A DNA stretch of 64,000 nucleotides from a virus. The DNA lies in the IMG/VR virus record IMGVR_UViG_3300042303_000421, positions 15,655 to 79,654 of that record; one strand, written 5' to 3'. The translations under genes and the position numbers were made by a program. Shown here piece by piece: positions 1 to 9,264 of the stretch. The notes beneath the pieces are model-generated. The model worked only from the letters and a program-made list of their open reading frames with translations. It made no database searches and was not told where the DNA came from. Within the stretch, counting starts at the first letter, position 1, and every line of letters starts with the position of its first letter.

Positions 1-2
1 AA

Positions 3-983
3 AAATGGTTACACTTTGCAATAGTTAATAAGATTGCTTTTAGAGATTCATTTAAAGAAGGTAATCAAGGTGCTGCTACAGGTAAACTTGCAGGTTCATT
101 TAATAATGGACAATCAAGTTCAATTGATATGGAAACAGGTAATTATATACAACAACATATTCAATTACTTGAATTTATTAAAATGGAAATGGGTGAACTT
201 TGTGGTGTTAGTAAACAACGTGAAGGTCAAATATCTAATAGAGAAACAGTTGGTGGTGTAGAACGTTCAGTAAATCAATCTAGTCATATTACTGAAAGTT
301 TATTTATGTTACATGAAAACTTTAAGATTAGAGTATTAGATGCATTTCTTGAAACAGCTAAGTTTGCTTTAAAAGGTAACAACTTAAAAACACAATATAT
401 ATTAGATGACCAAACAGTTGAGATTCTTAATATAGAAGGTGATGAATTTGCAGAATGTGATTATGGTATCTTAACTTCTAATTCACCTAAAACAATTGAG
501 TTAGATCAAATGATGAAACAACTTGCACAAGCATATTTACAAAATGGTGGTTCAATGTCTACAATTATAGATATTTATATGTCACCATCTATTATGGATA
601 TGAAACGTAAAATTGAAGAAGCAGAAGAAAAACAAGCACAACAAGCACAAGCTCAGAATGAAGCAATGCAAGAACAAACACAAGCAATGGTTCAAATGGA
701 GCAAATGAAAATTCAATTAGAAGATACTAAAAATATTCGAGATAATGAAACTAAGATTTATATTGCTGAGTTAACTAAAGGAACAGAGCAGACATCTACA
801 GATGATGGTATTTTAGATCCTCTTGAATTAGAGAAACATGAATTAAATAAAGAAAAAGTTAAAAATGATTATTTAGCTAAGATGAAAGCATTACAACAAG
901 ATATGGAAAAACATAAAGATAATGTAATGTTGAAAAAAGAATCTAATTCTATATCTAGAATTAAGAAAAAATCAAGCAATTAG
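3..983 (+). CDS. Portal protein, C-terminal part (5' end outside window)
   Basis: Frame is open from nt 3 (KWLHFAIVNKIAFRDSFKEGNQGAATGKLAG) into ORF 129..983; GVSKQREGQI..RETVGGVERSVNQSSHITE motif and Q-rich coiled C-terminus typical of crAss-like portals; lies upstream of scaffold/MCP. Confidence 0.85.
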   Translation, partial: KWLHFAIVNKIAFRDSFKEGNQGAATGKLAGSFNNGQSSSIDMETGNYIQQHIQLLEFIKMEMGELCGVSKQREGQISNRETVGGVERSVNQSSHITESLFMLHENFKIRVLDAFLETAKFALKGNNLKTQYILDDQTVEILNIEGDEFAECDYGILTSNSPKTIELDQMMKQLAQAYLQNGGSMSTIIDIYMSPSIMDMKRKIEEAEEKQAQQAQAQNEAMQEQTQAMVQMEQMKIQLEDTKNIRDNETKIYIAELTKGTEQTSTDDGILDPLELEKHELNKEKVKNDYLAKMKALQQDMEKHKDNVMLKKESNSISRIKKKSSN

Positions 984-1025
984 CTATTAGAAAAATCAAT
1001 ATTAATGAAAAAAATATAAAATATA

Positions 1026-1059
1026 TTTGCATTCTTAATAAAAATGTTGTATATTTGTA
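1026..1059 (+). promoter_or_regulatory. Bacteroidota primary-sigma promoter (-33 TTTG / -7 TATATTTG)
   Basis: TTTG 1026-1029, 20-nt spacer, TATATTTG 1050-1057, upstream of ORF 1086. Confidence 0.75.
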
Positions 1060-1085
1060 TTTTATAATAAAAATAGGGAGAAATT

Positions 1086-2186
1086 ATGGAAGAAAATGAA
1101 TTTGAAATGGATCTTTTTGGAGATTCTAATTATGATTTAAATTATGAGGATAATCCTTTTGAATCTTTTACGGAAGAACAAACTGATGATAATGATAATG
1201 ATGAATCACAAGATGACAACACAGATGATCAATCTGACAACAATGATAATAATCTCGACGAGGACGAAGGTTCAGAGGAAGTAGGCGAGGATGAAGTAGG
1301 TGATGAAGGTGGGGGTGAAAGTAACAATTCTCCCAATCTGTATTCTTCTCTGTTTAGTGTCCTTTATGATGAAGGATTACTGCCCTCACTGGATCCCACT
1401 TCCACTGAAGTTAAAACTCCTGCAGATTTAGCAGAAGCTTTTAAAAAAGAAATTGATGTTCAGACTGATTTAAAATTACAAAAGTATTTAGAAAATATTG
1501 ATGTTAATCAAATAGCACAAAGTAAAGCACAGATTAATGATTTATCTCAAATCAATGAAGAATATTTAAGAGATAATTTAGATACTGCAAAAGAAATCAT
1601 TAAACAAGATTATTTAAATCAAGGTTTACCTGAAGCTAAAGTAAATAGACTTTTAAATAAAACTATTGATTTAGGTGAAGATATGATTTTGGAAGAAGCT
1701 TTAGAATCTTTAGAATCTTTAAAAGTTTTTAATCAACGTAAAATTGAACAAGAACAACTTGCTTATAAAGAACGATTAGTTCAAGAGCAAAAAGATAATG
1801 AAGTATTACAAAATAAAATTAAAGACAGTCTTTATAATTCAAAATCTTTTATCGAAGGACTACCTGTAAACAAGGCTATCCAAGATAGAGTATATAAAGC
1901 AATGAATGATGTTGTAAGTAAAGATCCAACAACAGGTGAAATGGAAAATGAATTAATGAAATCTCGTAGAGAAAATCCTCTTGAGTTTGATTTAAAATTA
2001 TATTATCTATATACACTTACAAATGGATTTAAAAACTTTAATAACATTGTTTCAAATACCAAATCTAAAGTAATTAAAGATTTAGAAACTGCAATCCGTA
2101 GAACACCTGTTAAAGATAATGGAATACCTTCTTTTTTACAAGATAGTAATTCATATAGTGGTATGGGGGATGAACTTGTTCTGTAA
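1086..2186 (+). CDS. Acidic scaffold-like protein preceding MCP
   Basis: Very D/E-rich N-terminus, helical remainder; conserved position between portal and MCP in crAss-like phages. Confidence 0.6.
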   Translation: MEENEFEMDLFGDSNYDLNYEDNPFESFTEEQTDDNDNDESQDDNTDDQSDNNDNNLDEDEGSEEVGEDEVGDEGGGESNNSPNLYSSLFSVLYDEGLLPSLDPTSTEVKTPADLAEAFKKEIDVQTDLKLQKYLENIDVNQIAQSKAQINDLSQINEEYLRDNLDTAKEIIKQDYLNQGLPEAKVNRLLNKTIDLGEDMILEEALESLESLKVFNQRKIEQEQLAYKERLVQEQKDNEVLQNKIKDSLYNSKSFIEGLPVNKAIQDRVYKAMNDVVSKDPTTGEMENELMKSRRENPLEFDLKLYYLYTLTNGFKNFNNIVSNTKSKVIKDLETAIRRTPVKDNGIPSFLQDSNSYSGMGDELVL

Positions 2187-2212
2187 ACAAATAAAATAAT
2201 TAAATAATAACT

Positions 2213-3724
2213 ATGAATCTAGGTAAATTTACAATGATCAAAGGACAAGCTTGGTCAGGTTTAACTTTGAAAAATCACATTGGAGCCATATTTGGTTCTA
2301 AGCCTCAAATGGCTACTAAAATCACAACTGTATTGTTACAAAATTCAGGAATGAAAAATTTAGATACAACTCTATCTTTATTCCCTGAAAAAATATTAGA
2401 ATCAGCTGATGACTTTATGTGGAAAGTTGTAGGAAGTGAAGAAAGAAACATTCCTCTTGTTGAAGCTCGTTGGAATGGTGCTGTTGTTAATAGTGGAACA
2501 ACTGGTGTTGGTGCTGCTCGTGCAACTTTTGAATTAGTATTCGGTGAAAAATGGTTTACTAAAATGCATTTAATTGCAGGACATAGACCAGATTTGTATC
2601 AAGTACGTATTATCAACGAACCTTTTGAAGAAGGTCAAAACTACGTTTATACTGTTGAAGTATTTGGTGGTCAAGAAACATTAAATGGTATTCCAGGTGA
2701 TGAGTTCTTACCAGGAAACAGATTCTCTATTGAGGGTGCTCCTGTTGAAGATGAATTATCTACTCAAGGTGCTGGAATTCAATTTACATCTCCTTACTTA
2801 TTGAGAAACTCTGTTACATCTATTCGTATGGAACATAAAGTTTCTGGTAAAATGATTGACTGTAAAGTTGAGCCAGTTTATTTTTCTGGTATTGAAACTA
2901 GAGATCCTAGTACAGGAAAAGTACACAAATCAGTAACTTGGATGCAAGAAGTTTACTGGCAGTTTGAAAAACAATTATCTCGTATTAAATCTAAAACAGT
3001 TATGTTTGGTAAAACCAACCGTGATGAAAATAGTAGATTTTTAAATAAAGGTAATTCAAACATTGAAATTAAAGCAGGTTCAGGTATCCGTGAGCAAATG
3101 GAAGTATCTAATACAGTGACTTACAACTTGTTCTCTATTAGATTACTTGAAGATATGCTTTATGAATTGTCAGAAGGTAAACTTGATTGGGGTGAAAGAA
3201 AATTCATGTTACGTACAGGTGAAAGAGGAGCTGCTCAGTTCCATAGAGCTGTAACACAAGAAGCTTCTGGATGGCAAGCACTTGGTTTTGATAACACTAA
3301 TTCTAATGCTATCAAACAAACTACTTCTAAATTCCACAGTAATGCTTTTGTAGCAGGATTCCAATTCACTGAATGGAAAGCCCCTAACAACATTCATGTA
3401 ATGTTAGAAGTTGACCCAATGTATGATGATAAAGTAAGAAATAAAGTTATGCACCCAGCTGGTGGTGTAGCTGAGTCTTATCGTTATGACATCCTTTACA
3501 TTGGTGCAATGGAAGAGCCTAATATTCAAAAAGTAAAAGTACGTGGTTCTGATGAACTTCGTGGTTACAAAGCTGGTATTAGAGATCCATTTACAGGACG
3601 TAGAGGTGGTGTAATGCAACACATGGAAGATTCTGCAACAATCACTGCACTTTGTGAAGGTATTGGAGCATTAGTAATCGATCCAGGTCGTACTGCAACT
3701 TTAAAACCTGCAATCATAGATTAA
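2213..3724 (+). CDS. Major capsid protein (crAss-like)
   Basis: 503 aa; WSGLTLKNH, NIPLVEA, GSGIREQME, TGERGAAQFH, DPMYDD..RNK.MHP.GG.AESYRYDI motifs of crAss-family MCP. Confidence 0.92.
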   Translation: MNLGKFTMIKGQAWSGLTLKNHIGAIFGSKPQMATKITTVLLQNSGMKNLDTTLSLFPEKILESADDFMWKVVGSEERNIPLVEARWNGAVVNSGTTGVGAARATFELVFGEKWFTKMHLIAGHRPDLYQVRIINEPFEEGQNYVYTVEVFGGQETLNGIPGDEFLPGNRFSIEGAPVEDELSTQGAGIQFTSPYLLRNSVTSIRMEHKVSGKMIDCKVEPVYFSGIETRDPSTGKVHKSVTWMQEVYWQFEKQLSRIKSKTVMFGKTNRDENSRFLNKGNSNIEIKAGSGIREQMEVSNTVTYNLFSIRLLEDMLYELSEGKLDWGERKFMLRTGERGAAQFHRAVTQEASGWQALGFDNTNSNAIKQTTSKFHSNAFVAGFQFTEWKAPNNIHVMLEVDPMYDDKVRNKVMHPAGGVAESYRYDILYIGAMEEPNIQKVKVRGSDELRGYKAGIRDPFTGRRGGVMQHMEDSATITALCEGIGALVIDPGRTATLKPAIID

Positions 3725-3737
3725 GCATAAATAAATA

Positions 3738-3770
3738 GTGTCTCCCTGCACATTAGCTGCAGGGGTGCAC
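3738..3770 (+). promoter_or_regulatory. GC-rich hairpin after MCP (mRNA stabiliser or partial terminator)
   Basis: CCCTGCA-cattagc-TGCAGGG stem, only a short T tail. Confidence 0.5.
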
Positions 3771-3797
3771 TTTAAAATAATATTAAATTCGGGAGAA

Positions 3798-4667
3798 ATG
3801 AAAAAAGAGAATACAGAAACAACTTTAGAACAATCAAGTTTTACTTTACCTAATGAAATCGTAATTGTAAAACACATTCCACGTAGACGTGGTATGGCAG
3901 CAAATGTAGATGACAACCATGTAATATCAGGAGGGATGTTAATGGGTTCAGTTAAGAAATTTTCAGCACCACTGCAACGAAATGGTGGTATTGCTAATAT
4001 TTTATCTGAAGATGAAAAAGAATATTTAGAAAAAGTAACAGGTACTAATTTATCTGTTTATGGTGATTTTTGGAAAACCTTTATTGTATCATTATATAAA
4101 GAAAGTGAAAATAATAGATTTGATTTAAGTAATCCTTTCGATTACATTTCTGTTAAATTACTTCAAAAATATAAAGATGATGTTGCACCTACATGGGAAG
4201 AAAGAGATCGAAAGAGTTCATATGAATTTGTTATTACTCGTTCTGATGAAGAATTGAATGAGAAAAAACAAAAATATGATTCTAAAAAACAAGCTTTCAA
4301 ACTTTATGGTAAAATTGAAGATGATAAAGAAAAACTTTTAGGAGTTCTTAAATTACTTTCTAATCAACCTATTTCTAAAGAATCTTCTTTAAAATGGTTA
4401 CAAGCTAAAGTTGAAGAATATATTGACACAATGCCTTCATTATTTGTAAGTGTTATAAATGATGCTTCTTATGAAACTAAAATATTAATTAATAACGCAG
4501 TTGATAAAGGTATCATTAAGATTTCAGGAAATAAATATTCTACTGCAGATGGTTTAGAGTTATCTTCAGCAGGTCAAATTGCAACATTTGATAATGCTGT
4601 TAGATATTTAGATGCTCCAAAAAATCAAGAAGTACGAGCAATTATTGAAGCTAAATTAGATAAATAA
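3798..4667 (+). CDS. Conserved crAss capsid-module protein (gene-75-like)
   Basis: Directly after MCP; FDLSNPFDYI motif; ATG 3798 preferred over GTG 3738, which lies inside the hairpin. Confidence 0.65.
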   Translation: MKKENTETTLEQSSFTLPNEIVIVKHIPRRRGMAANVDDNHVISGGMLMGSVKKFSAPLQRNGGIANILSEDEKEYLEKVTGTNLSVYGDFWKTFIVSLYKESENNRFDLSNPFDYISVKLLQKYKDDVAPTWEERDRKSSYEFVITRSDEELNEKKQKYDSKKQAFKLYGKIEDDKEKLLGVLKLLSNQPISKESSLKWLQAKVEEYIDTMPSLFVSVINDASYETKILINNAVDKGIIKISGNKYSTADGLELSSAGQIATFDNAVRYLDAPKNQEVRAIIEAKLDK

Positions 4668-4669
4668 TT

Positions 4670-5416
4670 ATGACAGTTCAAGAATTTTCAAATCATTTTG
4701 ACATTTTATATAATGCTATTGCTACACAATCTGCTCCAGGAATTGACAGTTATGAAAAATCTGTTTATTTAACTAAAGCACAGTTAGAAATAATTAAAAA
4801 TTATTATGACCCTGCTAGTAATAGAAAACAAAAAGGTTTTGAAGGATCTGAAAAAAGAAGAGCTGATTTAAAAGAATTAATTAAATCTTATTCTACAACA
4901 ACAGTTATAAATAATAGTACTAAAATACATTCTAGTGCTAAATTTTATCCTGTACCTGAAGATACTTTTTTAATTGTCAATGAACAAGTTAAAATTACTT
5001 CTTCAGATTGTTTTAATGGAACTACAATAAATACTAAACCTGTCACATATGATGAGTTTAATATTCAAATTAAAAATCCTTTTAAAACACCAGATAGTAC
5101 TGTTGCATGGAGATTAGATATTTCTAGATTAAATAATGTTAAAGTTGTCGAAATTGTTTCACCTTATAATGTGTTAGGTTCTTTAGAATATAAAATAAGA
5201 TATTTAAAATACCCTAAACCTATTATCTTGGAAAATTTAAATACAGCTTTTCCAGGTGAAGGATTAACTATTGATGGTAAATTTTTACCACAAACATGTG
5301 AATTAGATTCACATATACATGATGAAATTTTAGACAGAGCTGTAGAGTTGTGTTTAAGAGATTATAAACCACAAAATTTAGAATCTAAAATTCAATTAGG
5401 TTCTAGAAATGAATAA
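4670..5416 (+). CDS. Tail ring/adaptor protein (gene-74-like)
   Basis: EFS..FDILYN..APGID.YEKSVYLTKAQ, YLKYPKPII, CELD..IHDEILDRAV motifs. Confidence 0.75.
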   Translation: MTVQEFSNHFDILYNAIATQSAPGIDSYEKSVYLTKAQLEIIKNYYDPASNRKQKGFEGSEKRRADLKELIKSYSTTTVINNSTKIHSSAKFYPVPEDTFLIVNEQVKITSSDCFNGTTINTKPVTYDEFNIQIKNPFKTPDSTVAWRLDISRLNNVKVVEIVSPYNVLGSLEYKIRYLKYPKPIILENLNTAFPGEGLTIDGKFLPQTCELDSHIHDEILDRAVELCLRDYKPQNLESKIQLGSRNE

Positions 5417-5453
5417 ATAAAAATTATTGTTTAAAAATTAAAATTAAAAAATT

Positions 5454-6467
5454 ATGTTTGGACCAAGACAAGTTGGTGAATTAATTGTTGGTAATACTTC
5501 TGCAGCTCAGACAACAGTGCCTACATTTATTGCTTCTGCAGCAGATAAGGCAATAAAAGTTTTATCAAAAGACGGTACAGTTGTACTAGCTAATAAACCT
5601 TTCTTCTTAATGCAAAAAACTGCAGGTGATGCATCTAAAGGACTTAATTACGAGTTCTCTGATGTAATCGATCCTCGAAAAGTAGAAAGAGTAACTTTAG
5701 CAACTTATGCTGCTGAAGTACAAAAAGCTGTAAAAATTGATGGATTTGCTGTAGCTGGTACAGTTGCTGCTCAAAGAACTTATGAAGTTGAAATTAGACT
5801 TGAAAGTGATTTGTCTCCTGAAAATTTTGAAGTAATTCCAGGTTACTATGTAACTGGTGAAGTATTAGGTTCTGATACTGCAACAACTGTTCGTGATGGT
5901 GTATTACTATCTTTGAATAAAAATCTTGCACGTAGAGGAAATGGAGAATTTACTGCTGTAGCTGATGGTACAGGTATTTTAGTTACTTCTAAATATCAAG
6001 ATAATATTCCTGGAAAAATTCCTGGAAAAATTAAAAGATTTGAAGTAGTTGGAAAAGTATTTAATAACGTTGCAAACGGTTACAATTCTAATTTAAATTT
6101 ATTGACTTCTACTACTACTGTACCTGGTACACAAGGTAATGGAACAGGTAAATTTGCTACAAACTTTGAATGGTTTGTTAAAGGATATAAATATGATTCT
6201 AACAGAGGAACTGGTTATCCAGCAGATTTTATGGATCGTATTCCTTTTTACACTAGTAAAGCAGGTATTTATAATACAATTCAAATTGTATATTTTAGTA
6301 CTGTAGATGAAACTTCTGTAGAAAGACAATATAAAGTATTAACTATTTTGGTTGACAAAGTAACTAATACTTTAGCAAATAATGCAGCTACTAACTCAGT
6401 TCTTACTGATATTAGAACAGCTGTAAGTACAAATGCTACAGTTCCTGCGAACTTACCAGTAGTATAA
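5454..6467 (+). CDS. Auxiliary capsid/structural protein (gene-73-like)
   Basis: A/T/V/G-rich beta protein with G.G....FEWFVKG..R..GYP C-terminal motif; followed by a terminator. Confidence 0.6.
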   Translation: MFGPRQVGELIVGNTSAAQTTVPTFIASAADKAIKVLSKDGTVVLANKPFFLMQKTAGDASKGLNYEFSDVIDPRKVERVTLATYAAEVQKAVKIDGFAVAGTVAAQRTYEVEIRLESDLSPENFEVIPGYYVTGEVLGSDTATTVRDGVLLSLNKNLARRGNGEFTAVADGTGILVTSKYQDNIPGKIPGKIKRFEVVGKVFNNVANGYNSNLNLLTSTTTVPGTQGNGTGKFATNFEWFVKGYKYDSNRGTGYPADFMDRIPFYTSKAGIYNTIQIVYFSTVDETSVERQYKVLTILVDKVTNTLANNAATNSVLTDIRTAVSTNATVPANLPVV

Positions 6468-6492
6468 TTTTACATAACTTAATTAAAAATCT

Positions 6493-6527
6493 AAGGGAGT
6501 TGAGTGCAAACTCTTCTCCCTTTTTTT
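6493..6527 (+). terminator. Rho-independent terminator
   Basis: AAGGGAG-TT-GAGT-GCAA-ACTC-TT-CTCCC followed by T7. Confidence 0.8.
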
Positions 6528-6533
6528 ATACAT

Positions 6534-7127
6534 ATGATACAAATAAATAACTTATCAATAAGTAACGATAAAACAAAACTTTATGTAGATGTTGAAACTA
6601 ACGAAGGAGAAACTATTACATCTGCAACATTATGGAATCATAATACATTTAAAAATTATTCTTTAGGTATTAGTTTAAATAATAAATTAGAACAAGTAAA
6701 TAATAAAGAAATATTTACTTTAAATGCTTCAGAAATAAATATTTATTCTTTTGACGGTATTTACTTTGTAGAATTTACAACATCATATGTAGATGAAGAA
6801 TGTTCACAATGTCAAAATTCTATAATTGGAATTGCTGCAAATTTTAATGATATTAATGAATATATTTTAAATTTAATTTTAGAATTAAATATATGTATTC
6901 AATGTAATAAAAATTTAGATGGAATTATTCAATTAAATTTAACATTAGATGGAATTTGTACAGCATTAAAATTAGGATATTATGAAGAAGCAATATATTT
7001 ATATAGAAAAATTCTAAAATTATTAGGAAGTAATTTAAAATGTACAAACTGTTCTAAATTAATAAATCCTACTTTAATTAATGGATTAAATTTTGGAACA
7101 TTAGATAATACATTAATTTTAATATAA
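6534..7127 (+). CDS. Tail hub-like structural protein, Cys-rich
   Basis: ATG 6534 (MIQINNL) after terminator; Ig-like N-half, CxxC motifs; position. Confidence 0.5.
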   Translation: MIQINNLSISNDKTKLYVDVETNEGETITSATLWNHNTFKNYSLGISLNNKLEQVNNKEIFTLNASEINIYSFDGIYFVEFTTSYVDEECSQCQNSIIGIAANFNDINEYILNLILELNICIQCNKNLDGIIQLNLTLDGICTALKLGYYEEAIYLYRKILKLLGSNLKCTNCSKLINPTLINGLNFGTLDNTLILI

Positions 7128-7825
7128 TGAATATAATAACAGCATCTCAAACCTTAATTGGTAGTTTACATAAAAGTTTTGATTTAGCTTCTTTAAATGG
7201 AAATTTAAAATTAAAAAATCTTTATCTTTTAAATTTAATTAATAAATATATATATGGTTGTGGTTCAGCAATAACTTTCAATCAAAAACAATATTTATTA
7301 AATTTAGCTATTGCTATTGAAAATTTAGATAAAAATATATGTAAATATAGAGAACAAAGAAGTATTTATACAAATATTGTAGGATGTAAAAATTGTAAAA
7401 ATGTTAATCAAAGTGATTATATTGTCATAAACGATGCACCTACTATTGGTCCAGATACAGACATACCTGTAAATGTATTAAAACCTATTGTATGTGATAT
7501 ACAATTTCATTATCCTGAAGGATTAAGTGGTTTACTTTTAAATATAGAAACATTTACAAAATGTTTTGATTATGAAGATAATGTTGATTCATATAGTACT
7601 TTAAAAATTACAGAATTACCTATTAAAGGTGTTTTATATAATTCAGAAAGTAATATTAATGTGAATGATACAATAAGTTTGACAGATTTACCTTTTATTT
7701 TAAAATATTTATATACTGAGGATGTATATCCTACAGAAGATAATTTTAAATTTCAAATAAGTACAAACGAAACAGATCCTGAAGTATTTTCAAATGATTA
7801 TATAGGAACAATTAAAATGATATGA
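7127..7825 (+). CDS. Structural protein (hub/fibre-associated)
   Basis: Overlapping stop/start; C-terminal LKITELP.KG.L...Y...DNFKFQ cadherin/Ig-like repeat. Confidence 0.45.
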   Translation: MNIITASQTLIGSLHKSFDLASLNGNLKLKNLYLLNLINKYIYGCGSAITFNQKQYLLNLAIAIENLDKNICKYREQRSIYTNIVGCKNCKNVNQSDYIVINDAPTIGPDTDIPVNVLKPIVCDIQFHYPEGLSGLLLNIETFTKCFDYEDNVDSYSTLKITELPIKGVLYNSESNINVNDTISLTDLPFILKYLYTEDVYPTEDNFKFQISTNETDPEVFSNDYIGTIKMI

Positions 7826-8478
7826 CACACGAATTAAATAAACCAGGTGATTTTTATATATTTACATCTACAGATTTTATTTCTTCTTATACAGATAAAA
7901 ACAATGATTTACCTAAAAGTATAATTTTAATGTCTTTACCTTTATTTGGAGCTTTATATTTTAAAAATAAACATATAACCAATATAAAAACAATAATAGA
8001 TTTATTAGCAATAAATGAATTGAAATATGTTAGACTTTCAGTAGATGCTTATTCTGACACTTTTAATTTTAAAGTTAATGATATAAATCAAAATACAAAA
8101 TTTAGTAATATGGCAACATTCACAATTAATGTAAATGCTTATGATAATCAACCACCTGTAATTGGAGATAATGAAATTACAATTACTTTTGGTTCAACAA
8201 AAGTATTTAGTGTAAATGATTTTACAACAAATACTACTCCTGCTTATTCTGATGAAGAAGCAGACGGACCTTATAAATTAAAAATATTAAGTTTACCTGC
8301 TACAGGTGAATTAAGATATAATAATATACCAGTAACTATTAACCAAGAAATTTTATTTACTAATATTGCTTTAGGATTATTAACATATATACCAGATATT
8401 GTAGATTTAGATGGATATAATGATGATACATTTGATTTTGCAATATCAGATTTAGGATCTCAAGAATATAGTACATAA
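7822..8478 (+). CDS. Protein with two cadherin/Ig-like repeats
   Basis: Two copies of Y.D...D.P....I.SLP..G.L........L.Y......DTF.F.(V/I).D. Confidence 0.55.
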   Translation: MTHELNKPGDFYIFTSTDFISSYTDKNNDLPKSIILMSLPLFGALYFKNKHITNIKTIIDLLAINELKYVRLSVDAYSDTFNFKVNDINQNTKFSNMATFTINVNAYDNQPPVIGDNEITITFGSTKVFSVNDFTTNTTPAYSDEEADGPYKLKILSLPATGELRYNNIPVTINQEILFTNIALGLLTYIPDIVDLDGYNDDTFDFAISDLGSQEYST

Positions 8479-8479
8479 T

Positions 8480-8857
8480 ATGGCACAGTTTACAATAAAT
8501 CATAATGGATTACCTCCATTATTTGCAATGGACATAACATATTTTATAGATCCTTTTAATAGAGGTTTAGATCAAAACACTCAAGATATGATTTTTGACG
8601 ATATATTACCACAATGTGACTTAGGAGCTCAACCTACAACTATAAGCTTTTTAGATCCTTTATATACTCCTTGTGGAACATTTGAGATAATGACAGAAGA
8701 TCCTGCTAATACAAGAATAGCATTAAGAGCTCCTTGGCTAGACCTAGACGACTTAACTCTTCCTGAAAGAACAAGTACTTTAGATTATAAGATAATGGAT
8801 TCTTTTGGAAGAGAAAGTGCTACAGGAAGAATAACAGTAACATTTACAACAATATAA
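8480..8857 (+). CDS. Hypothetical Ig-like structural protein
   Basis: Tightly packed ORF; MAQFTIN start resembles MATFTIN inside previous ORF. Confidence 0.45.
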   Translation: MAQFTINHNGLPPLFAMDITYFIDPFNRGLDQNTQDMIFDDILPQCDLGAQPTTISFLDPLYTPCGTFEIMTEDPANTRIALRAPWLDLDDLTLPERTSTLDYKIMDSFGRESATGRITVTFTTI

Positions 8858-8858
8858 T

Positions 8859-9263
8859 ATGATACAATGTAACGAAATAAATCAAAATATTAATTATTTA
8901 CTTTCAGCTTTTGAAGCATGTAAGGTACCTAAAGCAGAAGATATGCAACTACTTGTAGAATTAATAGCTGCTGTAAATACTTGTTCAAACGGAGGACCTA
9001 ATTATGATACTTTAGTTACTGAAGTTTATCAACCAATAATTGATGAAGTAGTTACTTATCCTATAAATACATATCATTCAATAAGTGTTATGATTTTAGA
9101 AGGAAATTTAACAAGAACTATAGGAACTGAAACAATTACTTTTCCAACAGGAACAGTATTAGATCATGAAGTAACAACATTAAATCAATATGAATATAGT
9201 TTTACTGTTAAAGCAGGAGCTAACGTAGTAGTAGAATATTTAATTGAAACAATAATACCTTAA
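8859..9263 (+). CDS. Hypothetical structural protein
   Basis: Tightly packed ORF in tail-fibre region. Confidence 0.45.
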   Translation: MIQCNEINQNINYLLSAFEACKVPKAEDMQLLVELIAAVNTCSNGGPNYDTLVTEVYQPIIDEVVTYPINTYHSISVMILEGNLTRTIGTETITFPTGTVLDHEVTTLNQYEYSFTVKAGANVVVEYLIETIIP

Positions 9264-9264
9264 A

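Noticed and set aside
6004-6033. Short tandem duplication (IPGK twice)
   Set aside because: 12-bp in-frame micro-repeat with no evidence of function
3738-6533. GTG starts at 3738 and 6504
   Set aside because: Both lie within hairpins/terminators; downstream ATGs at 3798 and 6534 fit better
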